Assembly: GCA_963752475.1 (NCBI GenBank)
Contig: CAVVYR010000035.1
Location: 1 to 11,740 of the forward strand
Direction: 5' to 3'
DNA length: 11,740 nt
From: an uncultured Chloroflexia bacterium
GTDB taxonomy: Bacteria; Chloroflexota; Limnocylindria; Limnocylindrales; CSP1-4
This document shows, piece by piece, positions 1-7,870 of the stretch. Position 1 is the first letter of the stretch. Every line of letters starts with the position of its first letter. The position numbers were made by a program, and so were the translations under genes. The notes below the pieces were generated by a model. It saw nothing but the letters and a program-made list of their open reading frames with translations. It was not told where the DNA came from and ran no database searches.

Positions 1-437
1 GAGCGAGGCGCCAGGCATCGACGCGAACCTTTCGGCGTCGGACCGATCGGTCGCAGCACCGAATCCTATGAACTCGTCCAGTGGCTGGTACAGCCGACTT
101 GGTGCATGCACACTTCCAGGTCCGGACCGATGCTGCAGCCTTCGAACGTGGCTCCGTACCGAACCTCGCCGCTCGCCTGAGGCCCATCGGCGTGCACCCG
201 AGCTCCCCGCCCACACGGAACTCGTCCAGCGCCTCGGGTCTCACCAGCATCAGCCGGATGGTCCCAACGTGCGAGTACGCCCCCGCTCCTGCGTCCACCA
301 GCTCGGATCAACCACGCCTCGGGTGCTCCCCACGTAGACGGTGTCCGCATCCACACATCGTTCCCGGGATCAAGGCGCTAGGCTCGTGACTCGACGCAGC
401 CGGCCACACGCCACGATTGGACGAAGCGGAGGATTGG

Positions 438-1222
438 ATGTCAGAGCAGGGAATCGGCGGCCCACGACTGCAGTACCGGTCGCCGCAGGATGGATCGCGG
501 CTCCAGAGGACTACCCCGATGCGCCGATCAGCCTTGTGCTGGAGCGGAGCACCGCGGGGGCCGAACTCTTCGGAGTAGCCGTCGCGATCGGTGGCGACAT
601 CCCGCTTCACTGTCACTCCATGATGGAGTTCCAGTACGTCGTTAGCGGGAACGGGCTGGCGCTGAACGCGGACGGCGCAGAGATTCCGATCTCGGCGGGC
701 GGCACCGTCATCAGCCCGGCAGGGCCGGCAGGCGCGCATGGATTCCGGAACCTCGGGCGCCTGCCTCTGACGCTGTTGTGTCTGTATCCATCGCCGGGGG
801 GCGCCACGCCCGATCGCAGCCCCTTCGATCCAAGGACGAACCCCGGTGAGGGACCGCGGACAACGTATCGTTCTCCGCACGAGCTGCGACCTTCCCGCAC
901 CGATGATGCGACGCGTGTCGCCCGCATCCTCGACGAATTGGATCCAGGCGCGGAACTCCATGCGCTTGTCAGGGCGGTCACGTCCCCGACCGTCCGCCAT
1001 CATCACTCTGTCTTCGAGCTCCAGTACGTGGTGGCAGGTGTAGGTGTCGTCGCCGATGCTGACGGCCGCGAGACCGAGATCGGGCCAGGTGGCGTGGTTG
1101 CGTGTCCTGCCGGGCCCTCGGGCGCTCATGCGTTCCGGCCAAGCGGCTCGATGCCCTTGCAGCTGCTCTGCGTGTCTCCGTCCCCGAAGGGCACGGCTCC
1201 GGACACGGTTCTCGACGACTAG
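438..1222 (+). CDS. Tandem (bi-)cupin domain protein; one apparent frameshift near 492-494
   Basis: Two similar halves, each with cupin motif 1 (HCHSMMEFQYVVSG / HHHSVFELQYVVAG) and motif 2 (PAGPAGAHGF / PAGPSGAHAF). GGAGG at 428-432 precedes ATG 438. The peptide from that start (MSEQGIGGPRLQYRSPQD) matches the start of repeat 2 (GEGPRTTYRSPHE) but lies in a different frame from the 341..1222 ORF, implying one missing base. Confidence 0.8.
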
Positions 1223-1236
1223 CAGTCCACGCGCGG

Positions 1237-2280
1237 CTAACTGCAGAGCGCCCTGGCTGCATCGCCGTCGGTGATGAGGGTGTTGACCCAGCCGCCGAGC
1301 AGCGCCGCGCGGATAGCCTCGGTCTTCTCGATGCCTCCGGCGACAGCGATGACCTCGGGCACCGTCCGCAGCTGGGCACCGCTGATCGCCAAGCGTCGCT
1401 CGTCGACCGGGGAGCGGATGGAGCGGCCGCGACGATCGATGAGTGAGGCCCCGATGTCCGCTACCACCCCGAGGCTGGCGAGGTGCTCCCGGAGCTCAGG
1501 CTCGAATGACTGCGCCATCATCGATTCCATCGGGTCCCAGCTCCCGATCGCGACGACTGCGACCGTGAGACGCTCGAACTGCCCCAGGCTCCGCGCCACC
1601 TCGGGGTCACGCATAAGGCTACGAGCCGTCGACGCATCCGGCGCGATGAGGGGGGCGTGGAAGGCGTAGACCGGGCCACCCGAGCGCGCTGCAACGCGCC
1701 GTACGACGTCGTGTGAATTGAGGGAGATGCCGACGCCGGACACGCCCCCGATGACTTGTACGACCGTGCATCCGGGCAGCGGCGGCAGCGCGGCGGCCAT
1801 CTGGTCGAGCGTGCGACCCCAGGCGATCCCGACGATCGAGTCCTCATCCACCGTTTCCGCCAAGACTGAGCTGGCCACGGCACCGAGCTCGCGACGTTTG
1901 AAGTCGGGAGGTACGCCCCGCGCTGCCAGCACCACCGCCTGATGAAGGCCGAACTGTCGTCGTACGGATTCGCTGAGTTCCAGGTCGAGCGGCGACTCCG
2001 GCAAGGAGACCTCGATACGCACAAGCCCGCGGCTGATTGCCTCGTCGATGAGGCGAGCGACCTTGAAGCGGGACAGCCCCAGGTCCTTGGCAATCGCCGA
2101 CTTGGTCTCGCCACCCCTGTAGTGGCGCTCCACGACCTGGGCGAGTTGCACGAGATGCAGGGGGCCATCCGCCGGGTGAGGGCCACGTCGTGTTCTGGTC
2201 GATTCGGGCACTGGTGGTCGCCTGCTGCGACCGGCTACGGCCGGAGTGTCGCGTTGCGGCGAGCCGCTGGTTGAGCGCAT
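1237..2280 (-). CDS. SorC/DeoR/LsrR-family sugar-binding transcriptional regulator (start uncertain: 2280 or 2301)
   Basis: N-terminal HTH HYRGGETKSAIAKDLGLSRFKVARLIDEAISRGLVRIEV, then sugar-binding domain motifs GIAWGRTL, VQVIGG, APLI, VVAIGS, VAGGIEKTEAIRAALLGGWVNTLITD. Divergent from the sugar operon. Confidence 0.93.
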   Translation of the reverse strand: MRSTSGSPQRDTPAVAGRSRRPPVPESTRTRRGPHPADGPLHLVQLAQVVERHYRGGETKSAIAKDLGLSRFKVARLIDEAISRGLVRIEVSLPESPLDLELSESVRRQFGLHQAVVLAARGVPPDFKRRELGAVASSVLAETVDEDSIVGIAWGRTLDQMAAALPPLPGCTVVQVIGGVSGVGISLNSHDVVRRVAARSGGPVYAFHAPLIAPDASTARSLMRDPEVARSLGQFERLTVAVVAIGSWDPMESMMAQSFEPELREHLASLGVVADIGASLIDRRGRSIRSPVDERRLAISGAQLRTVPEVIAVAGGIEKTEAIRAALLGGWVNTLITDGDAARALCS

Positions 2281-2326
2281 CCGATACCCGCGTTGACTCA
2301 TCGTATCCAGAGGCCTACCATCGCCA

Positions 2327-2355
2327 TATGAGCGAAAGTTTCGCTCGTATGAGCA
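2327..2355. promoter_or_regulatory. Candidate operator for the divergent regulator
   Basis: Perfect inverted repeat GAGCGAAA-G-TTTCGCTC (2330-2346) overlaps the near-palindrome GCTCGTATGAGC (2343-2354). TATGAGC occurs at 2327 and 2348, 21 bp apart. It lies in the divergent intergenic region. Confidence 0.6.
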
Positions 2356-2360
2356 GAGTA

Positions 2361-2387
2361 CCATGTCGTGTCCACGGCACGACATGG
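2361..2387. repeat. Perfect 10-bp inverted repeat (stem-loop) upstream of the operon
   Basis: CCATGTCGTG-tccacgg-CACGACATGG, with no following U-tract. Confidence 0.7.
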
Positions 2388-2473
2388 CGGAGAGATGGGC
2401 TGGGTGGATCGACTGGGCCAAGTTGGAGCCGGCCCGTCAGGGCGAGTTGCGGGGGATGAGGAGGAGCGGGGAG

Positions 2474-3076
2474 ATGAGGGCTGTGACCGTCCTTGAGCGG
2501 GCACATTCCGTGCTCGAGAACGACCGGCGTGCCATCGCCTCGGCAGCCGCCTCGCTCGGGCAGGGTTTCGTGGACGCCGTGTCGATTCTGCTCGAGGTGC
2601 AGGGCAAGACGTTGGTGACGGGCATGGGAACATCTGGCGCGGCCGCCCGACGCATCGCGCACCTGCTTTCGTGTGGCGGTACGCCTGCGGTATTCGTCAG
2701 CGCGGCCGACGGGTTGCACGGCGGCCTCGGCATCGTCGCGAAAGGTGATGTCCTCATCTCGGTCTCGAAGGGTGGCGAGAGCCAGGAGTTGAACGACTTC
2801 ACAGGTCTGGCCCGTGCCCGTGGCGCTCGCGTGATCGTGATGACCGAAGAGGCCAGTTCCAGCCTCGCCGCACACGGTGACTGCGTCATCGAGATCCACA
2901 CGCCTCCCGACACCGATCCAGGACGCCGGCTGGCCATGGGTAGCACGATCGCCGCGTCTGCAGTAGGTGACGCCCTGGCGTTGATCCTCATGCAGGAACG
3001 AGGCTATGAGTGGGAGCGGTTCGAGATGACGCACCCGGGCGGTGCTGTCGGCAAAGCCATCGACGCGCGCGGATGA
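2474..3076 (+). CDS. SIS-domain sugar-phosphate isomerase, KpsF/GutQ/KdsD-like, without CBS domains
   Basis: Motifs LVTGMGTSG, GTPAVFV, HGGLG, ISVSKGGES, VGDALAL and HPGGAVG align with the KdsD/GutQ SIS domain. The protein ends right after HPGG. A purine-rich RBS (GAGGAG...GGAG) precedes ATG 2474. Confidence 0.88.
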   Translation: MRAVTVLERAHSVLENDRRAIASAAASLGQGFVDAVSILLEVQGKTLVTGMGTSGAAARRIAHLLSCGGTPAVFVSAADGLHGGLGIVAKGDVLISVSKGGESQELNDFTGLARARGARVIVMTEEASSSLAAHGDCVIEIHTPPDTDPGRRLAMGSTIAASAVGDALALILMQERGYEWERFEMTHPGGAVGKAIDARG

Positions 3077-3113
3077 CTCGCAGCTCAAGCGCCAAAGCGC
3101 GGACCTTGGTCAG

Positions 3114-4637
3114 ATGACGGGCACAGACGGGGCGACACCTCGTCTCCGGGTCCGCGGACTATCCAAGCGCTTCGAGGCCGTTCGTGCCTTGGTGACCGCG
3201 GAGCTCGAGGTCAAGCCCGGGTCGATCCACGCGCTGGTCGGGGAGAACGGCGCGGGCAAGTCGACCCTCGTCAAAATCATCACCGGACTTGAGGTCGCCG
3301 ACGAGGGCTCGCTGCTCCTCGATGGACGCGAGGTCCACTTCACCTCACCCATGGACGCGAGGTCGGCTGGCGTCACGGCCGTCTACCAGGACCCCAAGCT
3401 GTTCCCCCATCTCGACGTCGCCGAGAACCTGCTCATGGGCATCCAGCCCACCAACGTCCGCGGCCTGCGCGTCGACCGCCGAGCGATGTACCGCCAGGCA
3501 AACGAACTGTTGGCCCGGATCGGCGTGAACATCGACACGCACACCCTGGCCGTCGGACTCTCGGCCGCGGATCTGCTCTTCGTCGAGATCGCGCGGGCGC
3601 TATCCGCCGACGTGCGCCTGCTCATCCTCGACGAGCCGACCGCAGCGCTCACGCCCGCAGAGGCCGACCAGCTCTTCACCGTCGTCCGCGACCTGAGGGA
3701 CGATGGGGCTTCCATCATGCTCATCACCCATCGACTCGAGGAGCTCGACGGGCTTGCCGATGCCATCACCGTATTGCGTGACGGGACGGATGTTGCCTCG
3801 ATGCCGATGGCCGAGACGGAGCGCGAGGAGATCGTCCAGCTGATGGTCGGCAGGACCCTGGCGGCCGAGGGCAGGCGCACCGCCGGAGTTGTGGGCGAGG
3901 AGCGGCTCAGCGTGGCCAATCTCACCAGCGTCGGGACGTTCGACTCGGTGTCGTTCTCGGTGCGCGAGGGCGAGATCGTCTGCATGGCCGGGCTCGTGGG
4001 CTCAGGCCGCTCTGAGGTCGCCCAGGCGGTATTCGGCATCGAGAGCTACGACTCGGGTTCGGTCCGAGTCGACGGCGAGGCCGTTGACGTCAAGGACCCC
4101 ATGCAGATGGTGAGCCTCGGCGTGGCCTACGTCCCGGAGGATCGTGACGCGCAGGGGCTCGTGACCTCGTTCTCCATCACCGACAACGTGGCTTTGCCGC
4201 TGCTCCGGGCCCTCTCGCATCTGGGCCTCCGTTCTCGCGGACGTGAACGAGGCATCAGCGAGCAGTACGCGGATGAGATGGCCATCAAGGCACCGACCGT
4301 TGACACGCCGACCTCCTCTCTCTCAGGCGGCAATCGCCAGAAGACCCTCTTGGCCAAGTGGCTAGCTACGAAGCCGCGGGTATTGATCCTCGACGAACCC
4401 ACCCACGGCATCGATGTCGGATCGAAGGCGGAGGTCCACGCCATCATCCGGGACCTGGCCGCGCAGGGTATGGCCATCCTCATGATCTCCTCCGACCTGC
4501 CCGAGGTCCTACTGCTCAGCGACCGCATCCTGGTCATCGCCGATGGGCGTCTCGTAGCGGAACTCCCCGGATCAGAGGCGACCCAGGAAGCGGTGATGAG
4601 CGCGGCAGCCAGCAACGCCAGCGAGCGGACAGCATGA
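3114..4637 (+). CDS. Sugar ABC transporter ATP-binding protein (two-domain CUT2 type; RhaT/LsrA/RbsA-like)
   Basis: Walker A GENGAGKST, Q-loop VYQDPKLFPHLDVAEN, LLILDEPT, ITHRLEE; second domain GLVGSGRSE, YVPEDR, LSGGNRQK, LILDEPTHGIDVGSKAE, ISSDLPE. Start could be 3073 if one indel is present. Confidence 0.95.
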   Translation: MTGTDGATPRLRVRGLSKRFEAVRALVTAELEVKPGSIHALVGENGAGKSTLVKIITGLEVADEGSLLLDGREVHFTSPMDARSAGVTAVYQDPKLFPHLDVAENLLMGIQPTNVRGLRVDRRAMYRQANELLARIGVNIDTHTLAVGLSAADLLFVEIARALSADVRLLILDEPTAALTPAEADQLFTVVRDLRDDGASIMLITHRLEELDGLADAITVLRDGTDVASMPMAETEREEIVQLMVGRTLAAEGRRTAGVVGEERLSVANLTSVGTFDSVSFSVREGEIVCMAGLVGSGRSEVAQAVFGIESYDSGSVRVDGEAVDVKDPMQMVSLGVAYVPEDRDAQGLVTSFSITDNVALPLLRALSHLGLRSRGRERGISEQYADEMAIKAPTVDTPTSSLSGGNRQKTLLAKWLATKPRVLILDEPTHGIDVGSKAEVHAIIRDLAAQGMAILMISSDLPEVLLLSDRILVIADGRLVAELPGSEATQEAVMSAAASNASERTA

Positions 4638-5665
4638 GCTCCGGGGCCACACCGACGACAGAGCCAGCATTCCAGCCCACGAGGCGTGCCGAGCTCGCAC
4701 TGCGTGTTCGGGTCTTGGGCGTCTCCGGCTTCATGGTCCTGCTCGCCATCGTCTTCACGCTCCTGACCACGCGGTTCCTGACCGTGGACAACCTACTGGT
4801 GGTCGCCTTCAACGCCGCCATCCTGGCCATCGTGGCGACCGCCATCAGCGTCGTGCTGCTGACGCGCAACCTGGACCTCTCGGTGGGGTCGGTCATGGGC
4901 TTGGCCGGCTACCTGTGGGCTGACATCGCCTCGCAGGCGCCGGATGCCGGGCCGCTGCTGCTGTTGGTGCCACTGGCCGTCGGCGCGATCTGCGGCGTCA
5001 TCAATGGCCTGCTCGTGGCTTACGGTGGTCTTCCGTCCATCATCGCCACGCTCGGGACCCTGTCGGTCTATCGAGGCGTGACCTTCATCTATGCAGAGGG
5101 TCAGCAGGTGACCTCGAATGTGATCCCTGGCTGGATGCTCGAGATGGTCGACATCCGCGTGGTGGGGATCCCCGCGCTGGCCATCGTCGCCGTGGTCGTC
5201 GTGCTCACCGTGGCCGCCTTCCTGCGACAGACACCGCTCGGCCGGCAGATCTACGCGGTCGGATCGAGCGCCGAGGCCAGCTTCTTCTACGGGCTCTCGG
5301 TCAAGCACGTGGTGGTCGCGGCGTACGTCATCTCTGGGCTGCTGGCCGGACTCGCCGGCTTCCTCCTCGCTGCCCGTGTCGGCACGGTTTCGGTCGCGTT
5401 GGCCAGCGGCTGGGAGTTGACCGCGCTGTCAGCCGCGGTCATCGGCGGGGTGAGCGTGCTGGGGGGGTCCGGCAGCGTGATCGGAGCCGCGCTCGGGGCC
5501 GTCGTGCTGGCCATGATCGACAACGGGCTCGTTCTCCTGCGGGTACCGGAGTTCTGGCGGATGTTCCTGCAGGGCAGCGCCATCGTGGCAGCCGTCGCGG
5601 CCGACGTCGTCATCGAGAAACGCATCCGCCGCGTGTTCAAGACGCATGGAGACCGCGGCCGATGA
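4634..5665 (+). CDS. Sugar ABC transporter permease (RhaP/LsrC/RbsC-like)
   Basis: Hydrophobic; NLDLSVGS, LPSIIATLGT, GRQIYAVGSS, AAVIGGVSVLGGSGSV, NGLVLL. ATGA overlap with the ATPase stop. Confidence 0.95.
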   Translation: MSSGATPTTEPAFQPTRRAELALRVRVLGVSGFMVLLAIVFTLLTTRFLTVDNLLVVAFNAAILAIVATAISVVLLTRNLDLSVGSVMGLAGYLWADIASQAPDAGPLLLLVPLAVGAICGVINGLLVAYGGLPSIIATLGTLSVYRGVTFIYAEGQQVTSNVIPGWMLEMVDIRVVGIPALAIVAVVVVLTVAAFLRQTPLGRQIYAVGSSAEASFFYGLSVKHVVVAAYVISGLLAGLAGFLLAARVGTVSVALASGWELTALSAAVIGGVSVLGGSGSVIGAALGAVVLAMIDNGLVLLRVPEFWRMFLQGSAIVAAVAADVVIEKRIRRVFKTHGDRGR

Positions 5666-6711
5666 CGGCTCCACGTTCTGCGCAGCCCGCCACCGAGAGC
5701 GCGTCGGCCTCCTCTGCACGTCCCCGAAGGCGTCTTTCGGGACACCGGTGGGAGATGGGGCTGGTGGTGATGCTCGTCGGCTCGGTCATCGTGGCGGCAC
5801 AGCTCTCGCCGTACTACCTGAACCTCGACCAGATCCTGCTGGCGATGCGCCTCACGATGGTCGCCGGCATGCTGGCGCTTGGGCTCATGGTGGTCGTGGT
5901 CCTGGGCGAGATCGACCTCTCACAGGCGGCCATCGTCGCCTTCGGGGCGGTCATCTTCGCTGCCTGCTCCCAGTGGGGCCTTCCGTTCTGGGCCGCTCTT
6001 CCCATCGTCATGGTGTTGTGCATGGTGCTCGGTGCCTTCAACGGCATCCTGGTCGCCTACCTTGGCTTGCCCTCCCTGGCGGTCACCATCGGCACCCTTG
6101 CGGCGTATCGCGGCCTGGCGTTCATCATCGGCGGAGACAAGGGGTACACCGGCTTCGACGACATCTATCTGTGGCTGGGCAGGACGACCAGCCCGATCGC
6201 GCCGGCCATCGTGGTCTTCGGCATCGCCGCCATCGTGCTGACCATCGTCATGGCGCGCTCCAACTTCGGAGCCTACTGCTACACCATCGGGAATAGTCCG
6301 ACAGTGGCGCGGTTCTCAGGCGTCCCGGTGGCCCGAGTGAAGGTGCTGGCCTTCGTGCTCTCCGCAGCACTCGCGGCGCTGGCCGCCTGGATCCTCATTG
6401 GCCAGTTCGGGTCCGCCCGTGGCGACAATGCGGACGGCGTCACGCTCCTCGTCGTCACAGCCGTCGTCCTCGGCGGCGTCGACATCTACGGTGGCCGTGG
6501 GTCGGTTCTCGGTGTTGTCCTCGCTGTGCTCATCCTAGGCACGCTCGGCAACGGTATGGGCCTCGCCAACGTGGCCGGCCCGACGCAGTCTGTCGTCTTC
6601 GGGCTGCTGCTCATCGGCAGCATCCTGCTGCCACGGACCGTTTCCAGCCTCATGTCCACTATCCGTATGCGTAGGTCGGCCACTGACGTGGCCGGCTCCA
6701 CGCGGGCGTAG
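5662..6711 (+). CDS. Sugar ABC transporter permease (RhaQ/LsrD-like)
   Basis: Hydrophobic; GEIDLS, LPSLAVTIGT, YTIGNSPTVARFSGVPV, VVLGGVDIYGGRGSV. ATGA overlap with the first permease. Confidence 0.95.
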   Translation: MTAPRSAQPATESASASSARPRRRLSGHRWEMGLVVMLVGSVIVAAQLSPYYLNLDQILLAMRLTMVAGMLALGLMVVVVLGEIDLSQAAIVAFGAVIFAACSQWGLPFWAALPIVMVLCMVLGAFNGILVAYLGLPSLAVTIGTLAAYRGLAFIIGGDKGYTGFDDIYLWLGRTTSPIAPAIVVFGIAAIVLTIVMARSNFGAYCYTIGNSPTVARFSGVPVARVKVLAFVLSAALAALAAWILIGQFGSARGDNADGVTLLVVTAVVLGGVDIYGGRGSVLGVVLAVLILGTLGNGMGLANVAGPTQSVVFGLLLIGSILLPRTVSSLMSTIRMRRSATDVAGSTRA

Positions 6712-6793
6712 CTGCGATGAGCCCCGAAAGGAGGTGTGGCTGACCGAATCGAACCAACCACGCGACAGCATGGAATCGGAGGACTCCCAAGAG

Positions 6794-7837
6794 ATGAGCA
6801 ACAGTTTCACTCAGAGCAGGAAGGCTCGCCTAGCCACGCTCCTGGTCGCCGTCATGGCCACCACGGCGCTCTCAGCACCAGTCGTAGCCCAGGACGAAGA
6901 GTCGGCCGACAGCTGCTCTGGTCTCCGCATCTTCCACACCGGCAAGTGGACCGGGTTCCCGTACTTCGAATTGGCGCAGGTGGGCGTCGTCGAGGCAGCC
7001 GACGAGCTCGGCGACACCGTGACCTACGGTGGCGCGTCCGAGCCCGACACCCAGGCGCAAGTCCAGACGCTGCAGAACTTCGTGGCGCAGAAGCCCGACG
7101 CCATCGTGCTCGCCGCGATCGATGTGAACGCGGTGGCTCCGGTGCTCGAAGACGCCCGCGCACAAGGCATCAAGATCGTGACCTACGACGCCGATGCCGC
7201 CGTGCAGGCCCGCGATGCCTTTGTCAACCAGCTGAGCTACCGGCAGGCCGCTCAGGTCATGCTCGATGCGGCTCTGGAGAACGCGCCCGAGGGTGGGCAG
7301 ATCGCCTACGTCGCCGCGTCTCCGACGGCGCCCAACCACACGGCTCACATCGAGAACATGAACGACCTCATCGCGACTGACCCTAAGTACAGCGTCTTCG
7401 AGGCCGTGGACACGCAGTACGCGGATGACGACGACGCCAAGAGCTACGACGTCGCCATCAACCTGATGCAGGCACATCCTGATCTGCGCGGCATCATCTC
7501 GTCCTCGGCGGTGAGCGCACCGGCCGGCGCGCGCGCCATCCAGGCCGCGGGTCGCGAGGGCGAGGTCTTCTCCACCGGGTTCGCGCTGCCGAACGCGATC
7601 AAGAGCTATCTCGAGGATGGCTCGCAGGCCGCGTTCGCACTCTGGGACCCGCAGGAGCTCGGCTACGTCGCCGCACAGTTGGCCCATCAACTCGTCTGTG
7701 GCGAGACAGAAGTCGTCGAGGGCGAGACCTTCACCGCTGGCAAGGCTGGCGATTTCACCTACGGCGTCGACGGCGAGGTCGTCTACGGCCGACCGCTGGT
7801 CTTCACCCCCGAGAACATGGACGACTACGACTTCTAG
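6794..7837 (+). CDS. Sugar ABC substrate-binding protein, RhaS/LsrB-like (PBP1 fold), with Sec signal peptide
   Basis: GGAGG at 6778-6782 before ATG 6794. Signal peptide MSNSFTQSRKARLATLLVAVMATTALSAPVVA|QDE. Family motifs K..G.PYF, QVQTLQNFVAQKPDAI, TYDAD...RDAFVNQ, LWDPQELGY and C-terminal FTPENMDDYDF. Confidence 0.93.
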   Translation: MSNSFTQSRKARLATLLVAVMATTALSAPVVAQDEESADSCSGLRIFHTGKWTGFPYFELAQVGVVEAADELGDTVTYGGASEPDTQAQVQTLQNFVAQKPDAIVLAAIDVNAVAPVLEDARAQGIKIVTYDADAAVQARDAFVNQLSYRQAAQVMLDAALENAPEGGQIAYVAASPTAPNHTAHIENMNDLIATDPKYSVFEAVDTQYADDDDAKSYDVAINLMQAHPDLRGIISSSAVSAPAGARAIQAAGREGEVFSTGFALPNAIKSYLEDGSQAAFALWDPQELGYVAAQLAHQLVCGETEVVEGETFTAGKAGDFTYGVDGEVVYGRPLVFTPENMDDYDF

Positions 7838-7870
7838 CCGCTAGACGCAGAGACCCGAGGCGAGGCGACG

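Noticed and set aside
70-229. 12-bp direct repeat GAACTCGTCCAG at 70 and 218
   Set aside because: Only two copies with no array structure or transposase. Consistent with chance or repeated LDEF codons on the minus strand.
341-437. ORF-track start of the cupin gene at 341
   Set aside because: No RBS and no similarity to repeat 2. ATG 438 has a GGAGG and matches the internal repeat.
2302-2473. Long N-terminal extensions of the regulator (to 2421) and the SIS protein (from 2363), which would overlap head to head
   Set aside because: They run through the operator and hairpin region and show no family-like sequence. The internal starts fit better.
4358-4633. ORF-track extension of permease 1
   Set aside because: It overlaps the ATPase in another frame. 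The ATGA-coupled start at 4634 is more plausible.
1237-7837. AI-2 quorum-sensing lsr operon (LsrR-like regulator divergent from an ACDB-ordered transporter)
   Set aside because: The kinase is AraB-type rather than LsrK, there is no LsrF or LsrG, and the SBP lacks the Asp166/Gln167/Pro220 equivalents.
3114-7837. Rhamnose utilisation locus (rhaSTPQ)
   Set aside because: The transporter is similar, but no rhamnose isomerase, rhamnulokinase, mutarotase or RhaD/RhaEW is present, and the pocket residues differ.
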